Shown here: positions 26,116 to 39,104 of the stretch, piece by piece
How positions within the stretch are numbered: position 1 is the stretch's first letter
Layout of the letters: each line of letters starts with the position of its first letter
Assembly: GCF_006345805.1 (NCBI RefSeq)
Contig: NC_043001.1
Span: forward strand, 15,066,001-15,130,000
Direction: 5' to 3'
DNA length: 64,000 bases
Source of the DNA: Octopus sinensis
Lineage: Eukaryota
The notes under the pieces: generated by a model
Databases searched by the model: none
What the model saw: the letters and a program-made list of their open reading frames with translations, nothing else
Told to the model about the DNA's origin: nothing
Translations under genes and position numbers: made by a program

Positions 26116-26492
26116 CTAGCAGTATCGCCCGGCGTTGCTCGGGTTTGTAAGGGAAATAACACTTTTAGAGAGTTATAGCCAAAAAATAGCAAAAAAAATG
26201 GGAAAAAATGATGGTAAATTTTTTTTTGATAGTTAAAAAGGCCGAGTTGCATCCCCTAGACCATCTGCGGTTTGTGTTTCTGATTGTCGACCCCATGTCG
26301 AATTTATCGATCTTTTTCTGAACTGGGGGAACTTTTCAAAATTTTCGCTGCGTTAGTTTTGAATTATGACATTGGGCTATGTGTGTGTCAAGTTTCATCA
26401 GAATCGGTTGAAAGCCGTGGTCAGAGTGAGGGTACAAGCAAACAGACACACAGAAACACGCACAGACAAACTGCCGTTTATATAGAGAGAGA
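26116..26492 (-). mobile_element. Non-autonomous Helitron, tail-to-tail with the previous one
   Basis: Minus strand A|TCTCTCTCTATATAAACGGCAG...CCCGAGCAACGCCGGGCGATACTGCTAG|T. Confidence 0.85.
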
Positions 26493-27110
26493 TAAGGAAT
26501 CGGGTGAGCTGGGATGCTGGTGGGGGAAGCATCCAACGGTTTACATTTGAATATAATAAGACCAAGGTAAATGACTTAGTTGCTGTTTGCATTTACAGTA
26601 GTGCACCTGTTTCTGTCCTCTTTCTTGTTACCTCTCTCTCTCTCCCCATCTCTCTATCTGCCTAGGTAACCATGTACATCCTCTATAGCAAGACACCTGT
26701 TTCTGCCTCTCTGTCTCTGTCACACTCTAACCTGTCATCATCTGACGTGATGCCCCCTCCCTTCTCAAAATTCCTTGTCTTGCAAGTTACTTTGTGACTC
26801 TGCTGGTGCTGGTGCCACATGAAAAGTATCCAGCTGTGAAACTCATGCCAAAACAGACACAGTAGTCTGGCGTAGTCTCCTACCTGGCTGCCTCCTGTCA
26901 AACCATCCCAACACAGAAGATGGATGTTAAATGATGATGATGATGATGATGAATGTGAGAGAGAGAGAAAGGCAATAGGATCACTAAACAGATATACATA
27001 GTATGAGTCCTGTCACTGGACATGTTCATCTTTTGTTTCAAATTGATGTTTAATTATCACCTCATACAATAACTAAGTTTTCTTTGCTAAGGAATTAAAA
27101 ACAAATATAA

Positions 27111-27394
27111 GGTGGCAAGCTGGCAGAACGTTAGCACACCAGGCAAAATGCCTAGCGGTACTTAGTCTATCTTTACATTCTGAGTTCAAATTCCACCGAG
27201 ATCAACTTTGCCTTTCATCTTTTCAGGGTCGATAAATTTAGTACAAGCCGTGTACTGGGGTCGATCTAATCGACTACCCCCTCCCCCAAAATTTCGGGCC
27301 TTGTGCTTAGAGTAGAAAAGAAGGAATTAACAATAAATGTTTACATGGAAGCTTTGAATTTATTTGCAAACTATAATTGGCTTATTGGTTAACA

Positions 27395-27427
<33 letters not shown>

Positions 27428-27887
27428 GTACTAATAGTCTTTTCTATTATAGGCACAAGGCCTGAAATTTGGTGGGAGGAGACGAATTGATAACATCAAC
27501 CCCAGTGCTTCAATGGTGCTTAATTTATCAACCCTGAAAGGATGAAAGGTAAAGCCGACCTCAGTGGAATTTGAACTCAGAATAGAGTGACGGGCGAAAT
27601 ACTGTTAAGCATTTTGTCCACTGTGCTAATGATTCTGCCAGCTTGCCACAATAATAATAATAATAATAATAATAATGGTTTCAAATTTTGCCACAAGGGC
27701 AGCAATTTTGGGGGAGGAGATGTGTCGATTACATTGATCCCAGTGTTTCGCTAGTGCTTAATTATTGACCCTGAAAGGATGAAAGGCAAAGTTGACCTCG
27801 GCAGGATTTGAACTCAGAATGTAGCAACGGGCGAAATACTGCTAAGCATTTAGTCTGGCGTGCTAACGAGTCTGCCAGCTTGCCACC
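27111..27887. mobile_element. Cluster of three tRNA-derived SINEs (third family) separated by (TAA)n: + at 27111-27340, - at 27436-27649, - at 27676-27887
   Basis: Head GGCAAGCTGGCAGAACGTTAGCA...GAGTTCAAATTCC and central GCCTTTCATCCTTTC(A/G)GGGTCGATAAATT. Further copies near 16940, 41655, 42020, 43205, 43610, 50800, 51220, 55100 and 55370. Confidence 0.85.
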
Positions 27888-30729
27888 ATAATAATAATAA
27901 TAATAATATACTTATCAATGACAATGGAAAATATTGAACTACTTAGCCAAAGTCATTGAGCAATTAAGGAAAACCATGGTATTTTATTCTCGTTTTAGTT
28001 TACCTTAGTATTTAGAACAAGGAAGCTCCAACAAAACAAAACACAATCACTGCAACAGATGTCTAAATTAGAAGAACCATGAAAACCATATCAGAATGGT
28101 AAACATTGATGTAACATGTGACAAGGATTTATTGCAAAATAGAGGAAATATTAAACATTTCAAAACATCCCCCTCAATAAAGTCATCATGAGCACTTAAG
28201 CTTAACTTTAAGCTATTTTTACACAGATGACGAGAAACCTTCATTTAATTTAATATTAATGAATAATTACTGCTACAAACAAACTCCATTTCCTAAAGAA
28301 TCAAGTTTTCAGCGGTAGGATTTCTTTAAATCCAAACTGTTCTCCTTTTGATTGCTGACCTGTTTTTATTATTTTTTATTTTTAATCAGGAGCCAAACCT
28401 AGAATACTATTTTACCCAACACTACTCTTTTCCATGTTATCACAAAGCTAGCTTAGATTATTTCATTCCTTAACTCCTTCAGTATGTCGCCTTTCTTACT
28501 AGTATTTCAAATAAGAGGTTTAGATTTCTGTTTTATTAGCCTCCTCCTCCGCTGCTTTTTTTTATGTATATTTTTAACATTCAAAGTATATATACTATGA
28601 ATGACAATTATTAAATGTAAGTTCCTTCAGCCACCAGCTTGTTATCACGTCAAAACCACTGCAGATCCGATTAACTTTGGAAATATGAGAAATTGAGTAG
28701 AGAAAAGTATAGACACTTTACAATGTAGACATAGTGATACATGTTGCATTCGAGAGATGATGGAAAACTGCATCGAAAAGGATTAAACAGAAGATATATG
28801 GCTTATTTTTATTTTTTATTATTTTTTTTTTTTGAGACTAGAATCTAAGACGGAAAATGAGAGCAATGACATTGGACCAGTTGAAAGATGGATTAACAAC
28901 TTAATAAATGTTAGCAGAGTAAAATGTCAGCCTGTAATGTTTTATGTTGTAATTGAGAAACAGGTGGTGATAGATGTACCCCTGTTTAAGTCTGAGAAAA
29001 AGACTTCATTTATTAATGACTCCATAAATACTGACAGAGGAACTGAATAAAGTATCAAAAATATATCGGATATGAAACTATAGTAGAGGAATATCATCAT
29101 CATCATCATCATCATCGTTTAGCGTCCGCTTTCCATGCTGGCATGGGTTGGACGGTGCAACTGGGTTCTGGGAAGCCAGAAGGTTGCACTAGGCCCAGTC
29201 TGATCTGGCAATGTTTCTATAATATTTAAAAAAAAATATTGTCATAAATTGTATTCATATAATACAATAATAAATAACATGAGGGGAAAATAAAAGATTT
29301 GAAAATATTTATAGAATGGAAACTAGCTGAACTGAGTGAAGTAAATATATATGGATTAGTGAATTGGTAATAGAATAAGTAAAGTACTAGGCTTCCAGAG
29401 AATAAGTCCTGAGGTCGACTTTATTCAGATGAGAATTCAGTGATGGATTAAGTAAGCAAAAAATAACCTTGGTGATATTTTGGAAATAGAAAAAGCAAGT
29501 GTGAAAGGAATTAAGGAAATAACAAAGAAAGATACCTGGAGGCAAAACAAATATATTACAATACAGCATATAATAGAAGTGGCGAGTGATTGAAAAAGCA
29601 TATAGTTCTTGGATTTGAGACAGTGTTAAAGAATCATGAAATAGACAATGCTAACTTGAAGAGTAATTTAAGAGAAACAACAAGAATGTATGGTTAATAG
29701 ATTCAGCAGAAAACACGAGTGTACAATGAAAGCTATTTAAATGGGGGAAATGAAAAACAGACAAATATTTTAGTAGTCTAATAAAACAAAAGGAGTATCA
29801 ATGCCAAGAGAAACAAATTAAAAATTAATATTACATATTTAGGAATAAGTATAGGAAAACAGACCACATAGTAGTCTAAACAGTGACAATCTTCTTGGAT
29901 TTGTATTTTCTTGGTCATGTGTTAAGATGAGCAGGATATGATTAACTTTTTAATGTCCTACTTCTCCGTGCTTGCATGGGCCAGATGCAATTTGCCAAGG
30001 CAGATTTTCTACAACTGGATGCCCTTCCTGTCACTAACTCTTACCTCTTTCCAGGCAAGGTAATATTTCTGCATGGTTAGATGTGTTTCATAGAAGATAG
30101 ATTTACAGCCATCACATGATGTCAAGACAAGGGTGCAGACAATCATACACATGTATGATGGGCTTCTTTCAGTTTCCATCAACCAAACCCACTCTCATGG
30201 CTTTGGTTTGCCTGAGGCTATAGTAGGAGAAACTTGTCCAAGGTGACACAGTGGGATTGAATGTGAAACCATATGGTTGGGAAGCAAGCTTCTTAAAAAC
30301 AGTCATACCTGTGTCCAATATTCTTATTTAAAACCAGAGAAAATCTCGATTTAAAAGATACAATTCTAATGGTCCTTAATTTAAAACAAAAACCTACAGA
30401 CTTTTGGAAGCCAGACTACAATGATACAGTAAACAGTCATATGCATCAGTACTTTCACTGTGAAGTTAGGCCAATGAGGTTCTTTTCAATAGATTGGGAT
30501 GAAAACCGAAGAGACTGGTTTTTGCCCTTAACAACTCAGCAGAATTCATTGATCTCTCCCTCCTATAATGCCAAGATGAAGTAGCAAAAGATTATTTATT
30601 AAAAACATGAACCATGTTGTGTTAGACTCAACACATTCACATAATGATGCAATGTTGAGAGTCTGACAATAATTATTGTATTATATATATATATACCCAG
30701 ACCTATTCCCTATTTTTTAGGAGGGGGTA

Positions 30730-31235
30730 ACCACATCAAGCATTCCATTCATTTCCCAGCTCAAAGAGGCAAGCCGCGTCCTATGTTCGGGTCAAGGCAT
30801 AGAACACAATCCCTGATATCAGCAGCAGGGCCCTATAGCATATGCTGGTTTACTCCTGCTGCATCATGCTGGTTCCATACCCCTTTGAGCAGCATCAATT
30901 CACTCATCCATCCATGAACACTCTCCAAGCTTTCCTATCTCACTCCGCCATCTCTAACCACCAAAGCTTTCCTCACTCCATCCATCCATCCACACAAACC
31001 GAGGTCTGCCTCTGGTTCTGCTGCCTACCACTTCTGCCTTCATCACACTCCTTACCATCTGCCACTCATCCATCCTCTCCTTGTGGCCAAACCACCTCAA
31101 CATCCGTCTATCCATTTCGGTTGTTAGTTTTTCTCTCATTCCTGCTCACCTTTGCACCTCCTCATTCCTCATCCTATCCATCCATGCTACACCAACCATA
31201 GCCCTCAAACATTTCATCTCAAGCACATCTACTGT
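30730..31235 (-). mobile_element. RTE-type LINE 3' fragment
   Basis: ORF 30954..31139 contains MLRWFGHKERMDEWQMVRSVMKAEVVGSRTRGRPRFVWMDG. Confidence 0.8.
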
Positions 31236-32309
31236 AGCACCAACAAAACTACATGACATAACATTCACTATAAAATACATTTCCTAACCGGTTGATGTTG
31301 AATGCATACATATATGATGAGGCAATACTGCAACGGTGAGTCAGAAAGAACCAAATTCCTGGTTCAGTAAGGTTTAATTCCACATAGTAACTCCACTTTA
31401 GGAGCCCAGTAAATGCTGGAAACTTGTTAACGAAGGTAGAGGCTATAAAAGATACAACATCAACTTGTACGTAATGAACTGTAAAAATGGGTTCAACACG
31501 GGGTCTAATTAAAGACAGGATAAAATAGAAGATGACTATTAGGTAGGCCTATCTAAACACACCAGTATAGAAAAACAGATGTTGAAATGGTGGTGATTGT
31601 CCCTCATTCATTTTGGTTTTTTAATATTTTCATGACTGAATACCATATTATTCTATGCATATTCCAGTATTTTTTAAAGAAATTATACATGCAGCTAATA
31701 TATAAATTAATGGAAATAAACAATTATGTTATTCCCAAAGGAAATATTAATTTCCATTGCTAGTAAGTAAATCTGTTTAATTTGATACTTAAAAATAACA
31801 TTAAATCTAAACTAATTTTATATAGAAAGTAAAATAATGAGATAGAATAAACAGTGGAGGTATGTGTGATGTTACATGAACTAATCTAAAATTACATTAA
31901 AAACATGTCCAAATTAGTGGTGCCACCGTTGATAGAGGAAGATTGTGGAAATCAGATAGCTGGCTCTGATCGTAGTTGAAGGGATTCTACAAATAATTTC
32001 AGAATCAACGTTTAATCTTATCAAGCTGCTAATAAGGAATCAAGCTATTCACCTTGTGAATCCAAAACAATTTCTTTTTCACGGACACATTGAGTAAAGT
32101 AAATATAGTTATTTCTATGCAACATTTATGGTTTCCTAATTTATGATAAATTAGAACAAACATAGATTTAATCCAAAATGTCAGACTTGTTGGCTCAAAG
32201 CTTTAACAAGGTCTACTGAAGAAGGAAAAATAGGAAAAGAAGGCATTCACTTAGGAAGTTATTAAGTGCTATGAAATGACTTTAAATTAATTAAATATGG
32301 TATCTATCC

Positions 32310-32710
32310 CGCGTCAGTGGCACATAAAAAGCACCATTCGAGCACGGTCAATGACAGTGCCACCTGACTGGCTCCTGTGCCAGTGGAATGTAAAAAGCAC
32401 CATTCAAGTGTGGTCGATGACAGTGCCATCTGACTGGCTCCGGTGCCAGTGACATGCAAAAAGCACCATTGGACCGTGATTGATGCCAGTGCCGGCTGAC
32501 TGGTTCTGTGCTGGTGGCACATAAAAAACACCATCTGCGCATGGTCGATGCCAGTGCTGTCTGACTGGTCCCATTTGAAAGCACCATTTGAGCATGATCT
32601 TTGCCAGTGCCACCTGACTGGCTCCTGTGCTGATGGTATGTAAAAAGCACCATTCGAGTGTGACTGATGCCAGTACTGTCTGACTGGCCCTCGTGCAGGT
32701 GGCACATAAA
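32310..32710. repeat. About 65-bp tandem array (about 6 units) inside the (GAT)n-tailed SINE
   Basis: Unit approximately CAGTGGCACATAAAAAGCACCATTCGAGCATGGTCGATGCCAGTGCCACCTGACTGGCTCCTGTGC. Shorter arrays lie near 16650-16780, 23730-23900, 44700-44930 and 52440-52680. Confidence 0.85.
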
Positions 32711-33382
32711 AATGTATCCACTACACTCTTGGAGTGGTTGGCATTAGGAAGAGTATCCAGCTGTAGAAACATTGCCAGATCAGATTGGAGCCTAGTGCAG
32801 CCTCCTGACTCACCAGCCCTCAGTCAAACCATCCAACCCATACCAGCATGGAAAGTAGATGTTAAATGATGATGATGATGTTATCTGTATTGGAGATAGT
32901 TACAAACACTATGTAAATTCTATGGAAAATTCATAAACCAATTTTGAGTGACAGCTTAAAAATTGTACTTAACAAAACAGTTTCTGTCAATATTGTCCTT
33001 GTAAAGAAGTGATTCAATACCATCAACAGGTCTTTAAAAAATTCTAAATGATATGAAAACCATATAGTTGTTTGCTAGACTAATTCATTGACACCATATA
33101 TTTAATGGTATAGTCTACAGTTAGATAATTAATTTACAAGCACATATTGGATCTTCAGGTTTGCCTCAGTAGACCAGAATAGCTGTAGCCAAGAAACAGT
33201 TTGAATCTGAAAGAAGGTAAAAATCCAACAATATAGGTGCAGGTATGGCTGCGTTGTTAAGAAGCTCACTTTGAAACCACTTGGTTTATGGTTCAGTCCC
33301 ACTGCATGGCAACTTGGGCAAATGTTTTCTATTATTGCCTTGTGAATGAATATGGTGAATGGAAATTGTGTGGAAGCCCACT

Positions 33383-33418
<36 letters not shown>

Positions 33419-33474
33419 CAGTGGACACAAATGAAATAAAATGGGCACTCAACATATTTAGTAGGAGTTACATG

Positions 33475-33665
33475 TATTATTTAAAACAGTTTGATTCGAT
33501 TCTTTGCTACTCCAAGTTTCGCAGGCACCTAACGGGAGCCTGACTTCTTCAGGCTTCTGGAATGCTGAATGCAACATTCCAAAACCCTGAAGAAGTCAGG
33601 CTCCTGTTAGGGGCCTGCAAAACTTGAAGTAACATGGAACTGAATCTAACTGTTTTAAATAATAT
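33475..33665. repeat. About 190-bp imperfect palindrome; each arm carries a hammerhead-like CTGAAGA...GAAAC motif
   Basis: Arms meet at GGAATG-(10 nt)-CATTCC (33559-33580). Outer ends are TATTATTTTAAAACAG / CTGTTTTAAATAATA. Confidence 0.85.
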
Positions 33666-33985
33666 ATATCTATAAGAAAAATTTTATTATCACTAATTGT
33701 GAATGAGGGTCCCAAAGCACCTATATTGCAAGAAATAAGAGTTAAAAACTCTTAATACTGTAAGAAGCATGCAATATATATATATGTGTATATATATATG
33801 CACTGACACGGGAATTAACTGCCCCCATGAGTGTCTTTAGGATCACTAGACTAGATTAGTTTCACTCTTCCGTCAATGGCTTGTCAGTAGTGACTACTCA
33901 AATGCTCATGGGGTGGTTATCTCCCCTGTCAGTCTGTGTGTGTGTATGTATGTATGTATGTATGTATGTACGTATGTATATATAT

Positions 33986-34045
<60 letters not shown>

Positions 34046-35775
34046 CATACATATATATATATACCAAGAAAATTAAGGGTTGTAGATCCAACCCACTAAG
34101 GGATAATACTTATCCAATATACTGTTGGTATAATACCCAATTATTAATACAAAAGTGTTTTTAATTGCAAGCAATAAACTTACTTATTGTATGAAATGGG
34201 TGAAAGTAAAGAAATATTTTACCATTAATTTATATTGCAAATAAGAAAATGGAGAAACAATTTAGTTGATTCATATATATATATATATGTATATAGGCGC
34301 AGGAGTGGCTGTGTGGTAAGTAGCTTGCTAACCAACCACACGGTTGCGGGTTCAGTCCCACTGCGTGGCATCTTGGGCAAGTGTCTTCTGCTATAGCCCC
34401 GGGCCGACCAATGCCTTGTGAGTGGATTTGGTAGACGGAAACTGAAAGAAGCCTGTCGTATATATGTATATATATGTATATCTGTGCGTGTTTGTGTGTC
34501 TGTGTTTGTCCCCCTAGCATTGATTGACAACCGATGCTGGTGTGTTTAGGTCCCCGTCACAGCGGTTCGGCAAAAAGAGACCGATAGAATAAGTACTAAA
34601 AGGTGGTGCTCCAGCATGGCCGCAGTCAAATGACTGAAACAAGTAAAAGAGTAAAAGAGTATATTGCATACTTCTTACAACATTAACAGTTTTTAACTCT
34701 TATTTCTTGCAATGGAGGTGCTTCAACACCTTCAGTCACAATTAGTGACGATAAAATACTTCTCCTTTGTGGTATTATATTGCACCTATCTGTTTTATAT
34801 TCATTTTTACATGTGTATGATTTTGCATACAACTAGTCTTGGTTTGTTCATGTCCTTGTAATTTAGAAATTTTGGCTAAAGGGACCTATGGAATAAATTA
34901 CCAGACTTAAAAACATAAGAGGTGAGATTGATTTGTTTGACTAAAACCCTCCTAGGCAGTGCCCCAGCATGGCCACAGACCAAAGGCTGAAATAAGTAAA
35001 AGTTAAAGAAAAAAAGAGAAAATACTTGAAATGCCTATGTAAAATATACTGCATCTATGCTAGCAGGGAGAACGAAAATAATTGTAAACCAGTATTACTA
35101 ATGACAACTGTTTCGTTATTAATTAGTTCATTGTAGAAGATGAAGGTCAGTCCCATTAACCATTGTCTTTGTAGATTCATCCAGACAGATAAGGTCTAGT
35201 TTGAATGTCTCTAAGTCAATGCTGGCAGGAAAAGAGTGGGTAGAACAGGAATTATAGAGACTTGTAGTTGTGAAGAGGTAAGACTGGACAAACTTGTAGC
35301 AGACCCGTCATGACTGCTTGGGTTATCTCAGGGCTAAACATAAAAGGCCCGGAAGGGATGAAGAAAAGCAGCCATGATGCATGCACAAAACACAACAGCC
35401 CTTAACAGAAGTCATGAAAGGCATATAAGGAACCCGACTGACTGGACTCTTCCTCTTTTCCCTTTTGGGTAGTCAGCTCACCAATTGCCCACAGGTAGGA
35501 CTGCTAGCTCTCTTTCTTTGCTTCGGGGCCCTACACATGGTGTTGAGATGCAGCTCTCACAGTAGGTACCTCCTGATGATATATTCACTCGCTCTTTTTT
35601 TGTTTATACGGTACATGTCAGAATGCCATAACATCTTGTAATGCATCTCCAACAAAATAAAAATTGTTATATTGAATGAGTGTTTATTCTTCATTTACAC
35701 GCAGCCCACACCCAATCAGCACATTGCCAAACTAACAATGAAAACACTCGTATACTCACTAAAAACTGTATAGAA

Positions 35776-36021
35776 CAGTGGTTCTTGACCAGGCTCCATA
35801 AGGCCCTTGGAGGTCCCCATAAGATTTTGTTGTTAAATTTTATGTGCAATAATTTAGTTATAATTTTACAATACACAAAATATTTTATACAACTTTTGAT
35901 AATATTTAGTGGTAAAAATATAATAAGATTTTTTTTTATATGTTGAATGGCTTTCAGCAAAAACCTGAGTGAAATAGGAATCAAAGCAGGTCAATAGGCA
36001 AAAAATGGTTGAGAACCATAG
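35776..36021. mobile_element. hAT-like MITE
   Basis: CAGTGGTTCTTGACC...GGTTGAGAACCATAG imperfect TIRs; no clean 8-bp TSD seen. Confidence 0.55.
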
Positions 36022-36229
36022 ATATAAAGTGTGGGGGGTTAGAGATGGTGAAAGTAAGAGAGACAAATACATTAAGGGGAAATGTGAACTGGCGTGAAGA
36101 GTAGAAGGTTTTATATGAACAGTAGATTAAGCTAATAGCTTCTGCCTTTTGCTTTGTAACCACAAACAAACAATAACAAGAGCACTCAGAGAGCACAAAC
36201 TGCCGCCAAGGCAACACCAATGTCCTCTT

Positions 36230-36545
36230 AGCAGTTAGCCAGGGATGATTTTTAAAATGAGAATATCTGAAATAAACTTGACTGCTCTCACAGACAAGAA
36301 GACTAAGAATGAACCAGACTGCTCTCAAAAATTAAGTGAAAAAAACAGGAAAAGTAATCCAGGATCCTTGTCCGGTACTGGATCGATCCTAAAATCTAAT
36401 CAGTTCATGCCAGTCACGAGGCCAAATATCCCTAAAAATTTCATCTGAATCCATCTGGCAGTTCTTGAGATATCTTGTCCATATACAAACAAACAAACAT
36501 GACTGAAAACAATACCTCTGCCTTCGCTAAGACATAAGTAATAAT
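36230..36545 (+). mobile_element. Possible Helentron/DINE-1-like non-autonomous element
   Basis: ...AAAAATTTCATCTGAATCC...GAGATATCTTG...(ACAA)n...AAAACAATACCTC...TTCGC...AAGTAATA resembles that layout; assigned by recalled resemblance only. Confidence 0.4.
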
Positions 36546-37459
36546 CCCATAAGGTGGGTTGTGTGGAAGTTCTTATCTTGAGTCAAGTAAATAATAATTA
36601 TAGTAAATATTAATTTTAACATAGTTAACCTACCCACTCCACCACTGGAAGATTAGTAAAGCACTACAGTTGATTGTGTAACCCTTGTGATACCAACCTG
36701 CTCAAGGCTGCTCTTAGATCTGTGATACAAACTTTATTTTTAACATGATCTGAATTAAAATCTTTCATCAAAATTCCATATTAATTTAGGTTCCAAACAC
36801 CAGCTTAACAATAAAGCTGTTTTGTTAAACTCTTCATTATTTTCAGAATTAATTGAAACGAAATTGGTTTATTTCAGGAGAACTATGGTAACAAAAAATG
36901 TTAATTATGATAACCATCGCAGTACTCTGTCGGTTGCGATGACGAAGGTTCCAGTTGATCCGATCAACGGAACAGCCTGCTCATGAAATTAACGTGCAGG
37001 TGGCTGAGGACCCCACAGACATGGGTACCCTAAATGTAGTTCTCGGAGAGATTCAGTGTGACACAGAGTGTGATAAGGCTGGCCCCTTTGAAATACAGGT
37101 ACAACAGAAACAGGAAGAAAGAGTGAGAGAAAGTTGTGGTGAAAGAGTACAGCAGGGTTCGCCACCAACCCCTGTCGGAGCCTCGTGCAGCTTTAGGTGT
37201 TTTTGCTCAATAAACACTCACAATGCCCAGTCTGGGAATCAAAACTGATCCTACGACTGTGAGTCCGCTGCCCTAACCACTGGGCCATTGCGCCTCCACT
37301 AATTACCATAAATGTGCACTGACAAGGGAAAACACTGAAGCTGGCATTTCAATAGAGATGGTAAATAATGATACTTTTACAGTTACTTTGGATATAATGA
37401 CCGAGGACTTAAATGGATTCAAAGATATTAATAAATAACATTGCTTGGTGAACACTTAC

Positions 37460-37583
37460 TTCTTTAGTTTTGTGCTTTTCTTGTTGGGTGCTTCAGCCAA
37501 TACTGTGATGAAAATATCAATAATTTGACATCCATAGGTGTTATTCACAAGAAAGTCCCGACCATAAGCAGATGCTGCAATAT
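37460..37583 (-). CDS. HSF2BP: HSF2BP internal coding exon, phase 1 to 2: (N)IAASAYGRDFLVNNTYGCQIIDIFITVLAEAPNKKSTKLK(N)
   Basis: ...tctttctttgatag|ATATTGCAGC...CTAAAGAA|gtaagt; 124 nt = 2 + 40 codons + 2, phase-compatible with both neighbouring exons. Matches human 'NVAAIACGREFLVNS...TKLK'. Confidence 0.95.
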
Positions 37584-39104
37584 CTATCAAAGAAAGACAG
37601 AAAAACAAAAAAATGTTTAATCATTATTCATTCATCAGTATTGGCAAAAAAATTGCTTTGTGGTTATTGTTCCAGCTTCTTATGTTTACAGTTTGAATCC
37701 TGCCAAAGTTTATTTCACCTTTCATTTATTTCAGGGTTGATAAAATTAGGTAACAGCCTAGCACTAGGGTTGATGGTATCGACTAACAATCTCTCCTCAA
37801 AATTTGCTAGCTTTGTGTCTAAATTGGAAACATTATTATTATGTTTAACAATAACAGCACAGGTCAAATAGTCCATCCCACTCAAAAGGTCCTTGAATAA
37901 GGGTTGTTTAAGAGTGAATAATGAAACACCCATGTTTCCAGGGATGAATTATTCAAACCCCCAATAATTCCTCTCAACACATGGCTATGATACTCCCCCA
38001 CATAAATTAATATAAAGACATATCACTTAAAACATAACTTCAAATCTATAATTGAGGTTAAACTTCCTTTATATGTTGTTAAACATAATACGTTTGATAA
38101 AACACACTCATGCGAAATATTCGGTCAGCAAAAACTTACACAAAATCTAAATTCCAGCTAAATAGTCGTTACTATAAAAGTCTTCAATTTTAGTATTTTG
38201 TCACCATCACCGTAGTAGTAGCAGTAGTATAAGTAGTGGTGATATTTTGAATTACGTCTTATTTTTAAATCTCAGCACATTTTTTAAGTATTAAGAGCAC
38301 AGTTGCTTATAAAAAAGAAAAAATTAAAAATTAAAATTGTTTGAAATAAAATGTTCTTATATATACTTTTTAGTTCTATAACAAGTTCATGCCATGCATA
38401 TATGCATATTTTCATTCATAAATACCATTGTTTTTCATTATAATCCGTTCTTTGTTTAACAGAATCTAAGAAAGATTGAAAGGTCAACTTTTAAACTCTG
38501 ATGGAAGTCAGATAAAACTACAAAATATTGAAAACCTAACATAGTGGTATGGCGGTGAAAGTAAACTTGTTCCCTGCTGTGAAAATTCCCACAGGAGTAA
38601 AAGTATTGCAGATTGTTTTGTCAACTGCTAAATACTTTTCGAAATTCAATGATTCAAAGGATTTTTTAAAGAGCATCTGGATTTGAAAGCTGATATGGAG
38701 CCCATGACTCAGCAATAATGTGTTACTTGATCGGTAAATATTGGAAAATAGAACTTGAGGGAATAACACTGATAACATTCATGTAATCAAGCAGAACTTC
38801 TAGATTTTTGTCATTTAGATCAACAATTTCCAAATTCTGGAGGTGAAGGATTCTTGCCAGATGCTAGAAAAAAATCCAGTATGGCTTAGGTACAGCCGTG
38901 TGGTTAAGAATCTCATTTTGCAACCATGTGGCTTTGAGTTCAGTTCCACTGTGCACCACCTTAGGTAAGTGTCTTCTCTACAGCCCCAGGCTGTCCAATG
39001 CTTAGTGATTGAATATGGTAGACAGAAACTGTGTGGAAGCCCAGTGTGTATGTATGTATATATAGTAGGCATCTGTCAGTCTTGAGAGGCCATGGATCTG
39101 CATC

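Noticed and set aside
28832-29050. 72-aa plus-strand ORF as part of a nested antisense gene
   Set aside because: No recognisable homology and no phase-compatible partner exons found.
32310-32710. Tandem array as a CRISPR-like repeat-spacer array
   Set aside because: The units are homologous along their whole length with no unique spacers, and the context is eukaryotic with no cas genes.
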